A stretch of DNA of 15,872 nt, taken from assembly GCA_964422135.1 (NCBI GenBank), contig CAYRAD010000003.1:1-15872 (forward strand), written 5' to 3'. The notes under the pieces are model-generated. The model was not told where the DNA came from and did not search any database. It saw only the letters and a list, made by a program, of their open reading frames with translations. Every line of letters starts with the position of its first letter. The first letter of the stretch is position 1. Below are positions 14,287-15,872 of the stretch, in pieces. The translations under genes and the position numbers were made by a program. The stretch comes from an uncultured Vicingus sp. (GTDB taxonomy: Bacteria > Bacteroidota > Bacteroidia > Flavobacteriales_E > Vicingaceae).

Positions 14287-15666
14287 ATGAGTTATATAAA
14301 AGAATACAGTATTGCATTACCTGAGTTTAGAATCTCAAATAAAACCCTACACCCCAGGTTAGGAAGAAAGGGTCAACATGCTGTTTGTTATACAGATGAA
14401 GATATTGTTACACTAGCATATCAAGCCGCATCCAATTTGAAACATGAAACTTTAAACTTGAAAATTGATGGAGTCATTTTCGCAACAACAACTCCAGTTT
14501 TTAAAAGCAGGTATCATGCTTCTTATGTTGCAGATATATTGGGTTTAAAACAAGGAATCTTAGCAATGGATTTAGGAACAAGTGTTAGAGCTGGTTCTGA
14601 TGCACTATTGATGGCTGATAAATTGATAAAGAGTGGTGAATACAAAAATATTTTGGTTATTGCTGCTGAGGTTTACTATCCTGAAATAGGAAAAGAAACT
14701 CGAGCAGCTTTTGGTCACGCTGGGGTTGCAATGCTTATTGCTGCTGATGAAGGAATTGCTGAAATAACGAATACTAAATCATACTCATCAGCTTTAGCAG
14801 AAGAGTTTAATTACAAAGGAGAAGCCGTTCAGTACGATGCTCGTTTTGCTAGAACAGAAGGATTTAAAAAGAACCTCGATTTAGCATTGAAATTAAGTAA
14901 CATCGATGCTGAGAAAGTTAACCAAGTGATACTTCATTCTCCTTATGCTAAAATAGCTTTCGGACAATTAAAGAAAGCTGGGTTTGATTTGGAAAAACAG
15001 TTAATGAAAGATACTGTTGCCAATGAAGTTGGAAATACAGGAGCTTGTCATGGATTACTTTTATTAATAAATGCTATTGAAAATGGTCAAGGAAACGTTG
15101 TTTTATTTGATTATTTAAATGGAACGAATGTAATCGAAATTAATAGTTGTCACCCTGAACTTGTCGAAGGACAATCATTTAATCATCAATTTACAGACAT
15201 TGAAACCTATCAAGATTATCTCACCTTAAGAAAACAAGGAAAGTTTACAGGTCGAGGATATGAATCTATTGATATGTTCTCTTCTGAAATGATTAGTGAA
15301 AGAGAAAAAGAGGGCTTGATGTATTTAAAAGGTTACGAATGTGCTAAATGTGGAACAGTATATTACATGAGAGCAGCAAGATGTAATGCATGTCATCATA
15401 CTGAATTCAAACAAAAACAACTAGGTAAAAAAGGGACAGTCTATACTGTAACCAGCGAACATTATTTCCCCAATTCATTTGCACCAACAAATATGGTAAT
15501 CATTGATTTAGATGGAGGAGGAAGAGTAACTGTTCAACAAACAGATGACATGTCCCCTTCTGAAGCAAATACAATTAACATTGGAGATAAAGTGGAATTG
15601 GTATTAAGAAAAATGATGGAGAATGATAAGAAGCCGAACTACTTTTGGAAGTGCATAAAAGAATAG
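14287..15666 (+). CDS. fusion: HMG-CoA synthase-like thiolase-fold domain plus C-terminal DUF35-type zinc-ribbon/OB-fold domain
   Basis: The first 320 aa or so align by eye with HMG-CoA synthases (FATTTPVF..ILGL, GHAGVAMLIA, LHSPYAKIA, VGNTGA). The C-terminal about 120 aa carry CAKC...CNAC (zinc ribbon) followed by an OB-like segment GTVYTVT...IIDLDGGGRV, as in DUF35 proteins. Confidence 0.8.
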   Translation: MSYIKEYSIALPEFRISNKTLHPRLGRKGQHAVCYTDEDIVTLAYQAASNLKHETLNLKIDGVIFATTTPVFKSRYHASYVADILGLKQGILAMDLGTSVRAGSDALLMADKLIKSGEYKNILVIAAEVYYPEIGKETRAAFGHAGVAMLIAADEGIAEITNTKSYSSALAEEFNYKGEAVQYDARFARTEGFKKNLDLALKLSNIDAEKVNQVILHSPYAKIAFGQLKKAGFDLEKQLMKDTVANEVGNTGACHGLLLLINAIENGQGNVVLFDYLNGTNVIEINSCHPELVEGQSFNHQFTDIETYQDYLTLRKQGKFTGRGYESIDMFSSEMISEREKEGLMYLKGYECAKCGTVYYMRAARCNACHHTEFKQKQLGKKGTVYTVTSEHYFPNSFAPTNMVIIDLDGGGRVTVQQTDDMSPSEANTINIGDKVELVLRKMMENDKKPNYFWKCIKE

Positions 15667-15783
15667 AACGTAGATAACGCAGATGGTTATGATTAATTAT
15701 GATAAAATAAAGAAAGCTAAAGAATTGGATGTTAGCAAAATCAAATCATTTTCTATCATAAAAAATCAGTGTCATCAGCGTTC
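15666..15783 (+). repeat. intergenic imperfect-palindrome element, copy 4 (118 nt, expanded centre, no nested insert)
   Basis: Sequence: GAACGTAGATAACGCAGATGGTTATGAT-TAA-TTATGAT...ATCATTTTCTATCATAAAAAATCAGTGTCATCAGCGTTC. The inner TTATGAT/ATCAT motif is duplicated on both arms. The first base is the G of the TAG stop at 15664-15666, and the element ends 26 nt before the ATG at 15810. Confidence 0.85.
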
Positions 15784-15809
15784 CATTAATTGGTAGATAA
15801 ATTATAAAT

Positions 15810-15872
15810 ATGAAACGAAACATAGCAATAATTGGTCTTGGTGTTACCAAGTTTGGAGAACTTTTTAATCAA
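15810..15872 (+). CDS. thiolase (SCP-x / archaeal-type acetyl-CoA C-acyltransferase-like), 3'-truncated by the window edge
   Basis: Not in the ORF track because it runs off the edge. The ATG at 15810 gives MKRNIAIIGLGVTKFGELFNQ, a typical N-terminus of SCP-x-type thiolases. Genes for these usually neighbour DUF35 and HMGCS-like genes. Confidence 0.6.
   Translation, partial: MKRNIAIIGLGVTKFGELFNQ

Noticed and set aside
5498-15783. The four palindromic repeats as a CRISPR array
   Set aside because: The copies are 2.1-5.3 kb apart and separated by full-length metabolic genes. The repeats are 80-118 nt with variable centres. There are no regular spacers and no cas genes.
5498-15783. The palindromic repeats as integron attC sites (gene-cassette array)
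   Set aside because: The architecture is superficially attC-like: imperfect palindromes of variable length, conserved ends, same orientation, between ORFs. However, the 3' end reads GCGTTC(N)A, which does not fit the GTTRRRY core. The intervals contain 1, 2 and 6 genes rather than single cassettes, functionally linked genes would fall in different cassettes, and no intI or attI is in the window. The idea remains testable by looking for an integrase nearby.
1-15872. tRNA, rRNA, transposase, integrase, toxin-antitoxin or known defence-system genes
   Set aside because: I recognised none on either strand. The only nuclease-fold protein is the GxxExxY gene, which is reported separately.

Overview
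AT-rich window (roughly mid-30s % GC by eye). All 13 credible genes are on the + strand and tightly packed. Leaders are A-rich and almost none has a Shine-Dalgarno motif. A GxxExxY gene and several families of small hairpin repeats are present. Together this looks like a Bacteroidota-type catabolic operon or island. All protein family calls were made by eye from motifs, not by search. Gene order: (1) 3' part of a 2-hydroxyacyl-CoA dehydratase / benzoyl-CoA reductase B/C-family subunit; (2) a small Cys-rich ORF coupled to it by a TAGTG overlap; (3) an unusual fusion of a ketopantoate-reductase-like 2-oxoacid reductase domain with a BcrAD/HgdC-type ATPase activator; (4) a 3-hydroxyacyl-CoA dehydrogenase / enoyl-CoA hydratase fusion; (5) a hydantoinase/oxoprolinase A-type subunit; (6,7) a two-gene 2-oxoacid:ferredoxin oxidoreductase (alpha, then fused beta-gamma); (8) a hydantoinase/oxoprolinase B-type subunit; (9) RidA family; (10) a GxxExxY PD-(D/E)XK protein; (11) an acyl-CoA dehydrogenase; (12) an HMG-CoA-synthase-like/DUF35 fusion; (13) the start of a thiolase. 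The set suggests an anaerobic, ferredoxin- and ATP-dependent CoA-ester pathway that I cannot match to a characterised one. The non-coding DNA is unusually structured. Four same-orientation copies of an 80-118 nt imperfect palindrome sit in intergenic gaps, and two of them carry a nested 19-nt GC-rich hairpin and bracket the oxidoreductase genes that split hyuA-type from hyuB-type. There is also a 120-bp MITE-like hairpin element with a shorter relative, short GAATTA(A/C)GAAT modules just after stop codons, and a perfect TGTGA-N6-TCACA palindrome in the largest gap. No rRNA, tRNA, CRISPR array, transposase or integrase was recognised.
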